Below, piece after piece: positions 1 through 9,521 of a stretch of DNA of 64,000 nt. The notes below the pieces were generated by a model that was given only the letters and a program-made list of their open reading frames with translations, was not told the origin of the DNA and searched no databases. The stretch comes from an uncultured cyanobacterium (GTDB taxonomy: Bacteria; Cyanobacteriota; Cyanobacteriia; Phormidesmidales; Phormidesmidaceae). The translations under genes and the position numbers were made by a program. The stretch's first letter is position 1. Each line of letters opens with the position of its first letter. Location: NCBI GenBank assembly GCA_963793265.1, contig CAWBZI010000001.1, forward strand, positions 672,001 through 736,000, given 5' to 3'.

Positions 1-64
1 ATAGGATTATAGAGTAAGCGATCATAAGAAACCCCATAAGGAAATAAACAGGAAAAGAACGAGT

Positions 65-610
65 ATGCTGCGCAAAATTCCCCTTGGCACCGTCCTGCTT
101 GTCGTTGGAACCATTCTGACGGCGATGGGCTTTGTTGCCTACGCCCAAGAAAACGCCACGCTCAACCTAGTCGGATTCTTTTACGGCGTCCCAATCTTAT
201 TGGGGGGACTCGCGCTGCGCGCTGCCGAATTAGAGCCCGTACCCTACACCAAGCCCGCTAGCGAATCAGTTATTGCCCTGCGAGATCAGGCCACGCAAAC
301 GCAAACGCAAGTCCGTAAAGACGTTACCCGCTACCGCTACGGCCAAGAAGCCCACCTGGACGATACCTTAGAGCGCTTGGGCCTGAGCCCGACTGATCCC
401 CAGCGTCCTGTGCTCGCTGGACTGCATGAGGAGCAGAGAGAAGGCGCTTATACGCTGGTTTTAGAGTTTGATTCGCCGCACGTGCCTTTTGAAAAGTGGC
501 AGGAGAAGCAGCCCAAAATTGAGGCTTTCTTTGGCCCTGGTATTAAAGCAGAAGTGAGTCAGCCTGCGGAGAAGAAGGTGGAGCTGGCAATGAAGGCGGT
601 AGTTGCTTAG
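65..610 (+). CDS. DUF2854 family membrane-anchored protein (conserved in cyanobacteria/plastids)
   Basis: Two N-terminal TM helices, then recognisable motifs 'FFYGVPILLGGLAL', 'RKDVTRYRYGQEAHLD', 'FFGPG'. Confidence 0.8.
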   Translation: MLRKIPLGTVLLVVGTILTAMGFVAYAQENATLNLVGFFYGVPILLGGLALRAAELEPVPYTKPASESVIALRDQATQTQTQVRKDVTRYRYGQEAHLDDTLERLGLSPTDPQRPVLAGLHEEQREGAYTLVLEFDSPHVPFEKWQEKQPKIEAFFGPGIKAEVSQPAEKKVELAMKAVVA

Positions 611-644
611 GCGTTTTCATATAGGCTCAAAGCGTCGTCGAACG

Positions 645-899
645 TCACTTTTCCAGGCGCACTGCATACCACTGCACCGACTCACCTGGCGCTGTTTCAA
701 ACTCGCAGTGTGTTTCTAGCAAATACTTAGCCCGCTCATCATCGGAAGCCAGCTTTTGCAAATCAGGCGAAAGCTGGCTTTTTGCTTGCAGCACTTCCTT
801 GAGCTTGTCTATTAATTCTGGCGGCGTCATGAAAGTCTCAGTCGCATCCGGCGTCAAAAAGACAAACATTTCCTCGCTATACATCATCGAATCAGACAC
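645..899 (-). CDS. Chlororespiratory reduction protein 7 (CRR7/DUF3571), NDH-1 assembly factor homologue
   Basis: 84 aa, GTG start; C-terminal 'AKYLLETHCE...GESVQWYAVRLEK' typical of CRR7. Confidence 0.8.
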   Translation of the reverse strand: MSDSMMYSEEMFVFLTPDATETFMTPPELIDKLKEVLQAKSQLSPDLQKLASDDERAKYLLETHCEFETAPGESVQWYAVRLEK

Positions 900-1089
900 T
901 TAAATAAAGCTCCTATGGCAAAGTTTGGGCCGTTAGCATCTGGGCAGCTCACAGATGCGACGTTATGAACGCGATATTTTGAACACGATGTTAAATAACA
1001 TGTCGCACTTTGCATCAGAATAAGTCGTTTTCTTTAAAACTGAACACCTTCTCTGGGCTACGGTGATAAAATTTCTACATATACACCGC

Positions 1090-1114
1090 AATCCCGACCG
1101 GGTTACCGGGGATT
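1090..1114. promoter_or_regulatory. Imperfect 25-bp inverted repeat upstream of sir, candidate transcription-factor site
   Basis: AATCCCGACCGGGTTACCGGGGATT (AATCCC-N13-GGGATT), about 90 bp upstream of the sir ATG. Confidence 0.4.
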
Positions 1115-1205
1115 AAAAAGAATACATCCCCAACACGCACCAGGCATTCACTTAAGAATACTTACCTCGACAATCATCCACTTCGATACCTCCCCCGACT
1201 TCCCC

Positions 1206-3138
1206 ATGGTTCACACGCCCATTAAGCCCGCCGCCCTTAACAACGCCGAAAAGAAAGTTTCTAAGCTCGAAGGCATCAAAGAGCGCAGTCAGTTTCTGCG
1301 GGAGCCCGTGGCAACTGAGCTAAAGCAAGACACGACTCACTTCACCGAAGCAGGCATCCAAATCCTGAAGTTTCACGGCTCCTACCAGCAGTACAACCGC
1401 GACGAAGTGGTACGCGGCGAAGAGAAGCCGTATTCAATGATGCTGCGCCTGCGCAACCCAGGCGGCTACATCCCCCCCGAGCTATATCTCACCTTAGAAG
1501 ACATCTCGAACAAGTATGGCAACGGCACTCTACGCGCCACCACTCGCCAAGCCTTTCAGCTACACGGCATCCTCAAGCAAAACCTGAAGGCCACGCTGGC
1601 AGACATCATTCGCAGCATGGGCTCTACGCTAGGAGCCTGCGGCGACCTTAGCCGCAATGTCATGGCCCCACCCGCCCCGTACACAAATAAGCCTGAGTAC
1701 GTGCTGGCCCGCAAATACGCCACCAATATTGCCGATTTGCTCACGCCCCAAACGCCTGCTTACTACGAAGTTTGGCTCGATGGAGAGAAAGTAATCACCA
1801 CCGAAGAAGACCCGGCAGTGGTGGCCGCTCGTGAAGGCAGAGCTGGCCGCGTGAGTAATGACAACGACGGCGCAGTTAGGCCAGTTGAGCCTATTTACGG
1901 CACTCACTACATGCCGCGCAAGTTCAAATGTGCGGTGACTGTACCTGGTGATAACTCTGTAGATGCCTACACGCAGGACATTACGCTGGTCGTCATCACT
2001 GACGATAACGGTGAGCTGCAAGGCTTTAACGTCATGGCTGGCGGCGGCATGGGGCGCACTCACAACAAGGAAGAGACGTTTGCGCGCACTGCCGATCATA
2101 TTGGCTATGTAGACAAAGACGATGTGTATGACTTGGTGAAGGCGATTGTATTCACCCAAAGAGACTATGGCGAGCGCTATAACCGCCGCGTATCTCGGAT
2201 GAAGTATCTGGTGCATCACTGGGGGTTGCCTAAGTTTATTGCTGAGGTTGAAAAGCGCTTTGGCAAACAGTTTGAACCCTATAGAGAGCTGCCTGAGTGG
2301 AAGTTTGAAGACTATTTGGGCTGGCACGAACAGGGCGACGGCAAGCTGTTTGTAGGTGTGCATATTCGCAATGGCCGGGTGCATAAGCAAGGCAAGCTGA
2401 ACAACAAAAGAGCGCTGAAAGGAGATTGTTGAAACCTTTAAGGTGCCGATGCGAGTAACGCCTAACCAAAGCGTTATTCTGTGCGATATTGAGCCCGGCG
2501 ATAAGGCTGCGATCCAGGCGATTTTGGATCGTGATGGTATTACGCCTGATAGCAAAGTAGAGTCGCTAGAGCGCCTTTCGATGGCCTGCCCGGCGCTGCC
2601 AACTTGTGGTTTGGCGGTGACTGAATCTGAGCGGATTATGCCGTCAATTTTGGAGCGTATTCGCAAGCAGCTCAATAAGCTGGGGCTCAAGAATGAGACG
2701 TTTGTGACGCGGATGACGGGCTGTCCGAACGGCTGCGCGCGGCCCTATATGGCTGAGATGGGATTTGTCGGTCAAGCGCCTAAGAGCTATCAGCTCTGGT
2801 TGGGAGGAAGTCCTAACCAAACTCGGCTGGCTCGCCCTTATATGGACAGGCTACATGAGGACAATTTGGAGACGATCCTAGCGCCGCTGTTTGTTTGCTT
2901 TAAGCAGAACCGGAATGAAGGTGAGAGCTTTGGTGATTTTTGCGATCGCTACACCTTCGAGGCTCTCCGTCAGTTCTCTGAAACCTACGTGCCACCCAAG
3001 CCAGTAGGCTCAGGTCGCCGTCGCAATCGAATCGGCGTCACTGACGATTTATTTGCCAAACTCAAAGCCAAAGCCAGCGCAGAAGGCATCAGCCTGGCAG
3101 ACGCCCTAGAAAACGCTATTGGCGACAGCTTAGGCTAG
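1206..3138 (+). CDS. sir: Ferredoxin-dependent sulfite reductase, split by a +1 frameshift near 2418-2422
   Basis: ORF 1206-2432 has 'LKFHGSYQQ', '[12 protein letters not shown]', 'PRKFK'; ORF 2443-3138 has the siroheme/4Fe-4S motifs '[11 protein letters not shown]' and '[11 protein letters not shown]'. Removing one base gives continuous [19 protein letters not shown]. Confidence 0.93.
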
Positions 3139-3160
3139 TTAGCTTTTAGACGACCTTCGT

Positions 3161-3201
3161 AACCGCCTTTTCAAAGTCCTTATGGCTCTTGAAAGGCGGT
3201 T
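3161..3201 (+). terminator. Stem-loop downstream of sir
   Basis: AACCGCCTTTTCAA...TTGAAAGGCGGTT inverted repeat 23 bp after the stop codon. Confidence 0.6.
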
Positions 3202-3256
3202 ATTTGGTGAAGACGGTACGATTGACGCTCAGAGAATACACTCACGCAAAACACCT

Positions 3257-4372
3257 ATGACCTCCAAAACAAACCTATCTCACCTGCTCAGTCCTATCAA
3301 AATCGGCCCACTCTCTCTTAGAAACCGCGTTGTTATGGCCCCACTAACGCGCGGACGCTCAGGCGCAGACCGAATTCCTAATGCACTGATGACAGAGTAC
3401 TATTCTCAGCGAGCAGGGGCGGGTCTGATCATCTCTGAAGGCACTGCGCCTTCTAAGCAGGGCAACGGCTGGCTACATGCACCCGGTATCTACAGCGCTG
3501 AGCAAACTGAAGCCTGGAAGCCAGTAGTCAACGCAGTCCATGAAAAAGGAGCTGCCTTCTTTGTACAGCTATGGCACACCGGCAGAGCGTCTCACAGCAG
3601 CTTTCAAGCGAATGGACAGCTCCCCGTTGCGCCCTCAGCTATCAAGATCGAAGGCGAAACGCACACGCCTAATGGCACTCAGCCTTACGAGGTGCCTAGA
3701 GCGATAGAAACCAAAGAGATTTCAGGGGTAGTGGAAGACTTTCGCAAGGCGGCTGAAAATGCAAAGGCCGCAGGCTTTGATGGGGTAGAGATTCATAGCG
3801 CGAACGGCTACTTTATTGACGAGTTTTTGCAGTCAAAAACAAACCAGCGCACTGATCAATACGGTGGTAGTCTCGAGAATCGCTACCGGCTACTCAAAGA
3901 GATTGTTGAAGCTGTTTTGACCGTTTTACCTGCCAAAAGTGTCGGGGTCAGACTTTCTCCAAATGGCGTCTTTAATGATATGGGTTCGCCCGACTATCGA
4001 GAGACGTTTACCTACGTCGCCAAGCAGCTTAGTTCGTACGATTTGGCCTATTTGCACCTGCTGGATGGATTGGCTTTTGGCTTTCATGAGCTGGGCGAAC
4101 CGATGACGCTCGCTGAGTTTAGAGCGGTGTACAAGGGCGCGATTATTGGTAACTGTGGGTACGACCGGGAGGCGGCAGAAGCAGCGATCGCATCTAGCAA
4201 TGCAGACATGATCGCCTTCGGTCGCTCATTCATCAGCACCCCTGATCTCGTGTCTCGCTTTCAAAACCATCAAGAACTCAATTCCGCACCCGATCAAGAC
4301 ACCCTGTATTCATTCGGCAGCGAGGGATACACCGACTATCCTACCTACGAAAAATCAGAGGTTGCAGCGTAG
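3257..4372 (+). CDS. Alkene reductase, old yellow enzyme / NemA family
   Basis: 'NRVVMAPLTRGR', 'QLWHTGR', 'GFDGVEIHSANGY', 'RTDQYGGS'; start placed at ATG 3257 because the upstream ATG lies inside the terminator. Confidence 0.92.
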   Translation: MTSKTNLSHLLSPIKIGPLSLRNRVVMAPLTRGRSGADRIPNALMTEYYSQRAGAGLIISEGTAPSKQGNGWLHAPGIYSAEQTEAWKPVVNAVHEKGAAFFVQLWHTGRASHSSFQANGQLPVAPSAIKIEGETHTPNGTQPYEVPRAIETKEISGVVEDFRKAAENAKAAGFDGVEIHSANGYFIDEFLQSKTNQRTDQYGGSLENRYRLLKEIVEAVLTVLPAKSVGVRLSPNGVFNDMGSPDYRETFTYVAKQLSSYDLAYLHLLDGLAFGFHELGEPMTLAEFRAVYKGAIIGNCGYDREAAEAAIASSNADMIAFGRSFISTPDLVSRFQNHQELNSAPDQDTLYSFGSEGYTDYPTYEKSEVAA

Positions 4373-4377
4373 GGACA

Positions 4378-4917
4378 GTGGAAAATCAGATGAAATTCAA
4401 AAGCACTCCCAACCGCTGCATTCAACACGAAGGCAAAGAGATTTGGATTAGCCGCAGCGTCACTGTTTTACCTGTGCTCTTTTGCGTGAGCAAAGGCATT
4501 CAGTACGTGCCGCTCGGCCTGCGGGGTGAAGATCTGCCAGAAGGCGTCGGGCAGTGGGGGCTGCCTGGCGGCTATTTAGACTATGACGAAACGGCCACTC
4601 AGGCCGTTTATCGCGAAGTTTGGGAAGAGCTGGGCCTTGATATTCCTCAGCTCGTCGAAGACTTTAAGTTTGAAGGCAATCTAGCGCAGCCTTATGACGT
4701 GTATAGTACGCCGCTACGACGGCAAAACGTAACGCTTAAGTATGCGCTGATGTTTCACTTAGGCGAGGTGGATTTACCTGCGCTAGATCCTCAAGTTTCC
4801 AAAGGTGAAGTGGTTGAAGCCAAGTGGGTTGAAGTCGAAAAAGCGCTGACGATGAAGCTTGCGTTCAATCATCATGAGGTGATTAAAGAATGCTTAGAAC
4901 GCTGCTATTCACAATGA
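4378..4917 (+). CDS. NUDIX hydrolase
   Basis: Nudix box 'GGYLDYDETATQAVYREVWEELG'; start is GTG 4378 or ATG 4390. Confidence 0.88.
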   Translation: MENQMKFKSTPNRCIQHEGKEIWISRSVTVLPVLFCVSKGIQYVPLGLRGEDLPEGVGQWGLPGGYLDYDETATQAVYREVWEELGLDIPQLVEDFKFEGNLAQPYDVYSTPLRRQNVTLKYALMFHLGEVDLPALDPQVSKGEVVEAKWVEVEKALTMKLAFNHHEVIKECLERCYSQ

Positions 4918-5009
4918 TAGATCCCCCTTCAGCTATAGTTCTTTAGCTCAGGGCTCCTATACGATTGAAGCCAATTAAATCTTATGCAAAACGATTGGCT
5001 CACCTTTCT

Positions 5010-5915
5010 ATGCTCAACCTTCCATTCATCGATACCAAAAGCGTAGAAACTCAGCTTGGGCAAATCACTTACTATTTACCGGCCTTGCCCGAATATCCAG
5101 CCAATGAGGCTATTGATGAGCGATCACCCCTAATTTTTCTACATGGTTTTGGCGGCGGCTCCTCTGCCTTTGAATGGTCAAAAGTCTTTCCAGCATTTGC
5201 CAGCGACTATCGCGTACTCGCCCCTGACCTCATCGGGTGGGGAAGCTCAGATCACCTTGAGCGCGACTATACGATTGATGATTATTTAAACAACATACCG
5301 GAGTTTATTCGCGCGACCTGCCCAGGCGAAAAGGTGACGGTTGTCGCCTCTGCGCTGACTGCGGCTTTCATGGTGCGAATCGCAATTATTCAGCCCGATT
5401 TATTCAACTCCCTTATTTTGATGACGCCTTCGGGTCTATCAGATTTTGGCCGTGACTATACGCGATCACCCTTCGCCCAAATTGCCAGCACGCCTTTTAT
5501 TGATAAATGGATTTACGGGGGTGCAATCGCCACGCAGTTCGGCATCGAAAACTTTCTCAAAACCCGCCAGTTTGCAGATCCCAACCGCATCTCACAAGAC
5601 ATCGTTGAAGCTTACTTAAAATCAGCCCAAAAGCCCAATGCAGAATACACAGCGCTCTCATTCGTACGCGGCGACCTGTGTTTTGATCTTGCAGACTATA
5701 TCGGCAAACTAACCGTACCGACAACTTTGCTATGGGGTGAAAAAGCCGCCTTTACTGGCCCTGATCTTGGTCGCAAGCTGGCTCAGAAAAACCCAGATGC
5801 GATCAAGCTCTTTGAGGTAATTAAATCTACCGGGCTTACCCCTCAGCTAGAGCTACCGGCGTTTACTATTGGCATGATTCGGACTTGCCTATCAGTGCTA
5901 GAGAAAGCGCATTAG
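5010..5915 (+). CDS. Alpha/beta-fold hydrolase family protein (catalytic motifs degenerate)
   Basis: 'LIFLHGFGGG', 'APDLIGWGSSD', 'LLWGE'; nucleophile elbow reads ASALT. Confidence 0.8.
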   Translation: MLNLPFIDTKSVETQLGQITYYLPALPEYPANEAIDERSPLIFLHGFGGGSSAFEWSKVFPAFASDYRVLAPDLIGWGSSDHLERDYTIDDYLNNIPEFIRATCPGEKVTVVASALTAAFMVRIAIIQPDLFNSLILMTPSGLSDFGRDYTRSPFAQIASTPFIDKWIYGGAIATQFGIENFLKTRQFADPNRISQDIVEAYLKSAQKPNAEYTALSFVRGDLCFDLADYIGKLTVPTTLLWGEKAAFTGPDLGRKLAQKNPDAIKLFEVIKSTGLTPQLELPAFTIGMIRTCLSVLEKAH

Positions 5916-5926
5916 CGACAACAGTC

Positions 5927-7159
5927 CTAGCCTTGCAGCAGCAAAAACACCGCCTGCAAGCTCCCAATTACAAACCCCAAGATACCGCCAAGATTCACAA
6001 TCGCCTGTAGCTCATTTTTCACAATATTCTGAATCGCCTTCTCCAACTCCTGCGGCGAGGTTGCATTCACCCGCTCAACAATCACCTGATCGATATTGAG
6101 AATAGGGATCGTCTGCATCACAATCTTCTCTAAGTCTCGCTCTAAGTAGCGCTCTAATACCGACGCTAGCTCCTGGCTGACCAAATCCAAAGAGTCAGTC
6201 ATCACCGGAGACGCTTGCAGTCGGCCCAATAGCTGCAAAGCCAGTTTCTCCCAATCTATCGATACGCTTAGCGTCTGCAGCAAATCGCTGCCGTTCTCTT
6301 TCAAGTAGGTTTTAATCGTTTTCCTGAGCGTAGCCCGTAGCTGCCTCACGGTAGAAACAGGCAGCTCTTGTAAAGAAAACTGCTGGAGCCACTTTTGCAG
6401 GCGAACTTTCACGCCCAAACCCGCCGTCAGCTCAGCAATACGGGCATTGCTCTTCTCTGGCTCATCAGTGCAAACGTTCCGCAATCGAGTCAGCGCATTC
6501 CGAACGCCAAAGATATTAGCAACCACCCAGTAAGTGCCGCTTGTTTTAGCGCGCAGGGTTTCATCAATCACCTGAATGTTGTAGTCGCTCAAAAAATCAA
6601 TCAGCAGCTCGCGCACCCGGTTCGGTGGCAGTACGCCGTTTACCGCCCAGTCAGACACCTGAGCTGACTGCTCAGCATTGAGCTGAAAGTCGAGCAAAAC
6701 CTGATCAAAAATTTGGTTAAGCTGAACTTCTAAAAAGTCATCTCGCCTAGACCACACGCGCAGTAGCCGAGGCAAAGATTGCCCCATCAAGTCCTGTAAA
6801 ATGTTGCCCAAGATTTTAGCAGTCTTGGTTTGCGCGCTGCCCTGCATTTGCTCTAGGGCAAGCTGCAATAGCCAGCTAATGGCTTTTTCGGTGCGTTCGG
6901 TTTGCAGCAGGCGGCGGGCCAGCTTTTGCATTTCTTCGGGGGTGAGAAGCGATCGCATAATCACCTCCGAAATCTTATTCGCCAGCCGCTGCTGATTGCT
7001 GGGTATCAGCCCTGGGGTAAACGGAATTCTCTGACCAAATATATACTTCGGCTTATAGGGCCGAAACAGCATTTTAATCGCAACATCGTTCGTAAAATAG
7101 CCAATCACGCCTCCCAACACGGGGGGCAAAAGCACTATCCACAAATTAGCTGCACTCAT
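5927..7159 (-). CDS. DUF445 family membrane protein
   Basis: N-terminal '[20 protein letters not shown]' and C-terminal '[17 protein letters not shown]'. Confidence 0.88.
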   Translation of the reverse strand: MSAANLWIVLLPPVLGGVIGYFTNDVAIKMLFRPYKPKYIFGQRIPFTPGLIPSNQQRLANKISEVIMRSLLTPEEMQKLARRLLQTERTEKAISWLLQLALEQMQGSAQTKTAKILGNILQDLMGQSLPRLLRVWSRRDDFLEVQLNQIFDQVLLDFQLNAEQSAQVSDWAVNGVLPPNRVRELLIDFLSDYNIQVIDETLRAKTSGTYWVVANIFGVRNALTRLRNVCTDEPEKSNARIAELTAGLGVKVRLQKWLQQFSLQELPVSTVRQLRATLRKTIKTYLKENGSDLLQTLSVSIDWEKLALQLLGRLQASPVMTDSLDLVSQELASVLERYLERDLEKIVMQTIPILNIDQVIVERVNATSPQELEKAIQNIVKNELQAIVNLGGILGFVIGSLQAVFLLLQG

Positions 7160-7208
7160 ACGAATCCTTACAACATTTGCCAGTTCAATCTCTACTGGTC
7201 AATACTCA

Positions 7209-7934
7209 TCAGCCAGTCTTACTAGCCACTAAAACGCCCATCATGCCGCCCGCAATCGGGTAGTGTACCGCCTGCTCAAATCCTGCGTCTTTAGCCAAAG
7301 CAACCTGCCTAGCACCTTGAGGAAAGCGATCTACGCTGGGGCCAATGTAAGCATACTCCTCACTCATGCCAAACCGCTCTGCCGTAGGCACGACAATCGT
7401 GTCTAAATACCACTGCTGAAACTGATTGACCAGTGGGTTAGTCGGCGTATGAAAGTCCAGAATTGCAGCTTTTGCACCTGGCTTTAGCACCCGGTAGAGT
7501 TCGGCTAAGCCCTGTGGAATGTTGGTGAGGTTGCGCAAACCGTAGGCCATTGTAGCGGCGTCAAAAATACTGTCATCAAATGGAAGCGCTAGGGCATCGG
7601 CTTCTATCCAGCTCAGGCGGGTTTGTAGATGAGGGCTGCGTTGAGAGGCGATCGCTAACTGCTCGGTTGCAAAATCCGCCCCAACCACCTCACCCGTCTC
7701 ACCCACCTGCCGCGCCAGCAGCAAAGCCAAGTCCCCACTGCCACAGCAAACATCTAGGCACTTCATGCCCGCGCCCGCGCCGCTCCAGCGCACCGCCATC
7801 TGCTTCCACACTCGATGTAGGCCAAAGCTCATGTCCTGATTCATTTGGTCGTACTGTGGCGCAATCCGATCGAACAGTTGACGAATGCGATCGGCCTCTG
7901 GCTGCTGCTGGCTCGTGAGTGAGGTATCCCCCAT
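7209..7934 (-). CDS. menG: Demethylphylloquinone/demethylmenaquinone methyltransferase (UbiE/MenG family)
   Basis: 'FDRIAPQYDQMN', SAM motif 'LDVCCGSGDLA', 'AYGLRN'. Confidence 0.85.
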   Translation of the reverse strand: MGDTSLTSQQQPEADRIRQLFDRIAPQYDQMNQDMSFGLHRVWKQMAVRWSGAGAGMKCLDVCCGSGDLALLLARQVGETGEVVGADFATEQLAIASQRSPHLQTRLSWIEADALALPFDDSIFDAATMAYGLRNLTNIPQGLAELYRVLKPGAKAAILDFHTPTNPLVNQFQQWYLDTIVVPTAERFGMSEEYAYIGPSVDRFPQGARQVALAKDAGFEQAVHYPIAGGMMGVLVASKTG

Positions 7935-8093
7935 AGATCTTCTGATAGTTCCTTCTTGTAATTCCTTAGGCATTTCGCGCTAGCGTTAAGAGTCTAGCGG
8001 TTTACAAGCTAAAAAAGCCTGAAGCCATGCTTCTCAAACACGGTTTCAGGCCCCATGAATACTCCTAACTTCAGACCCAAAGCTGCTAGCAGA

Positions 8094-8996
8094 TTAGAGC
8101 CCTGCTGCTTTTAAGCAAAGCGATACCTGTGGAGCTACGATACTCAGCATTTGCGTAACATCGCCTACCGTCGCGTAAGCAGTTGACCACTGAAGCGAGA
8201 CTGCCGCTAGCGTTTCGCCCTGATAAACAATCGGCACAACTGCATGGCATTGAGTACCGTTAGCGTAAAGGGCTTCGTTAGCTTTGGTTTCGTCGGCTTG
8301 GATATTGACTGCGGCCTGTGAAGATTGGGATGCGATCGCCTCCCCCACCAGTACATTCACCGCCGTCGCTTCACCATCCGCCATCCCAAAGCAGCCCGTG
8401 CCCCGGTTGTCCCTCAGCAACAGCGTACAGCCATCCGCACCTAGAATCTGACCAAACCCAGCCGCTAAAAACGTCAGCACCTCATCAGTTGCCATCGTCT
8501 GCGCCGCAAGCTGACCCACCGTCACCATCAGCTTTGATTGCTTTTCAGCCAAATGCAGCGCCTCATTTTGCTGCTTAATCAAATCGTAGGTTTCCGAGGC
8601 TCTAGCCACCACATGCTTCAGCTCATCAGGATCCCAAGGCTTAGTAATGTAGCGGTACACCTGACCAGCATTAATCGCATCTACCAGATCTTCCACATCG
8701 GTAAAGCCCGTCAAGATAATCCGCACCGTATCCGGGAAATCTGGCACCGTCTTGCTCAAAAACTCAGTGCCCTTCATCTCCGGCATCCGCTGATCGGAAA
8801 TAATAACGGCAACTTCGCCCTCACTTTCCAAAACTTTCAGCGCATCTACACCGCTCTCGGCGCGCAATACCTTGAACTCGCGGCGAAAAGTGCGGTATAG
8901 CAAATCTAAGTTATCAGGCTCATCATCAACCACCAGCATCCGAGGCTTTTTAGAAGGAATGTAGCTCGCCAAAGTGAGTGGACTGATGGTGCTCAT
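8094..8996 (-). CDS. Response regulator receiver with a C-terminal GAF-like domain
   Basis: 'LVVDDEPDN', 'IISDQRMP', 'YITKPW'; C-terminal 'VVPIVYQGETLAAVSL' is GAF-like. Confidence 0.85.
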   Translation of the reverse strand: MSTISPLTLASYIPSKKPRMLVVDDEPDNLDLLYRTFRREFKVLRAESGVDALKVLESEGEVAVIISDQRMPEMKGTEFLSKTVPDFPDTVRIILTGFTDVEDLVDAINAGQVYRYITKPWDPDELKHVVARASETYDLIKQQNEALHLAEKQSKLMVTVGQLAAQTMATDEVLTFLAAGFGQILGADGCTLLLRDNRGTGCFGMADGEATAVNVLVGEAIASQSSQAAVNIQADETKANEALYANGTQCHAVVPIVYQGETLAAVSLQWSTAYATVGDVTQMLSIVAPQVSLCLKAAGL

Positions 8997-9115
8997 GTGG
9001 GTTTAGGGAGGTATAACAAAGTGATGATTTCTCCTTTCAGTAAGCCCAAGCACTCATCAAAAATATCCTCTGTAACCCCCAACAAACCCATGATTTCACT
9101 GACCTCTAGAGCCCT

Positions 9116-9481
9116 CTAGCTGACCTCTAGCAGCTCCACAACGTTACCGTCAGGGTCTTTTACAAACAGCGCAGCCCTGCCTGACGAACTCATCTGAAAA
9201 GGCACCTGCCGCTCGCCCAAATCCGCTTTCACCGCAGCCAAATCATGAATCGCAAACGTGATGTGAGGATGCCTACCCCATTTGTCTTCTCGAACCGGAT
9301 TTTTTGCCCAGTCGCTCACAATCAGGTGCAGTTGAAAATTACCCACCTGGTACCAAGCGCCTGCAAACGTAAGCTGCCGGTCTACCTTTTGTAGCCCAAT
9401 CACCTCTGTATAAAACACTTCAGATTGCTCTAGGTCACTCACCTGCACGGCAACATGCAGCGGGTACAAAATATCTGCCAC
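9116..9481 (-). CDS. VOC/glyoxalase family protein
   Basis: 'HVAVQVSDLE..FY..VIGL', 'HITFAI', 'DPDGNVVEL'; likely GTG start at 9481, which avoids overlap with the divergent gene. Confidence 0.85.
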   Translation of the reverse strand: MADILYPLHVAVQVSDLEQSEVFYTEVIGLQKVDRQLTFAGAWYQVGNFQLHLIVSDWAKNPVREDKWGRHPHITFAIHDLAAVKADLGERQVPFQMSSSGRAALFVKDPDGNVVELLEVS

Positions 9482-9521
9482 GGTTCTTTCTCCTAGCGAT
9501 TTCGCTTTATCATCTATTGCT

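Noticed and set aside
2411..2432. Programmed ribosomal frameshifting in sir or ctpA
   Set aside because: No recognisable slippery heptamer or stimulatory structure, no precedent I know for these genes, and three same-direction indels are better explained by consensus error
1629..2690. 353-aa minus-strand ORF, plus many other antisense or overlapping ORFs in the track
   Set aside because: They are shadows of well-supported genes (sir, pepA, pgm, WD40 and others), with no motifs and atypical composition
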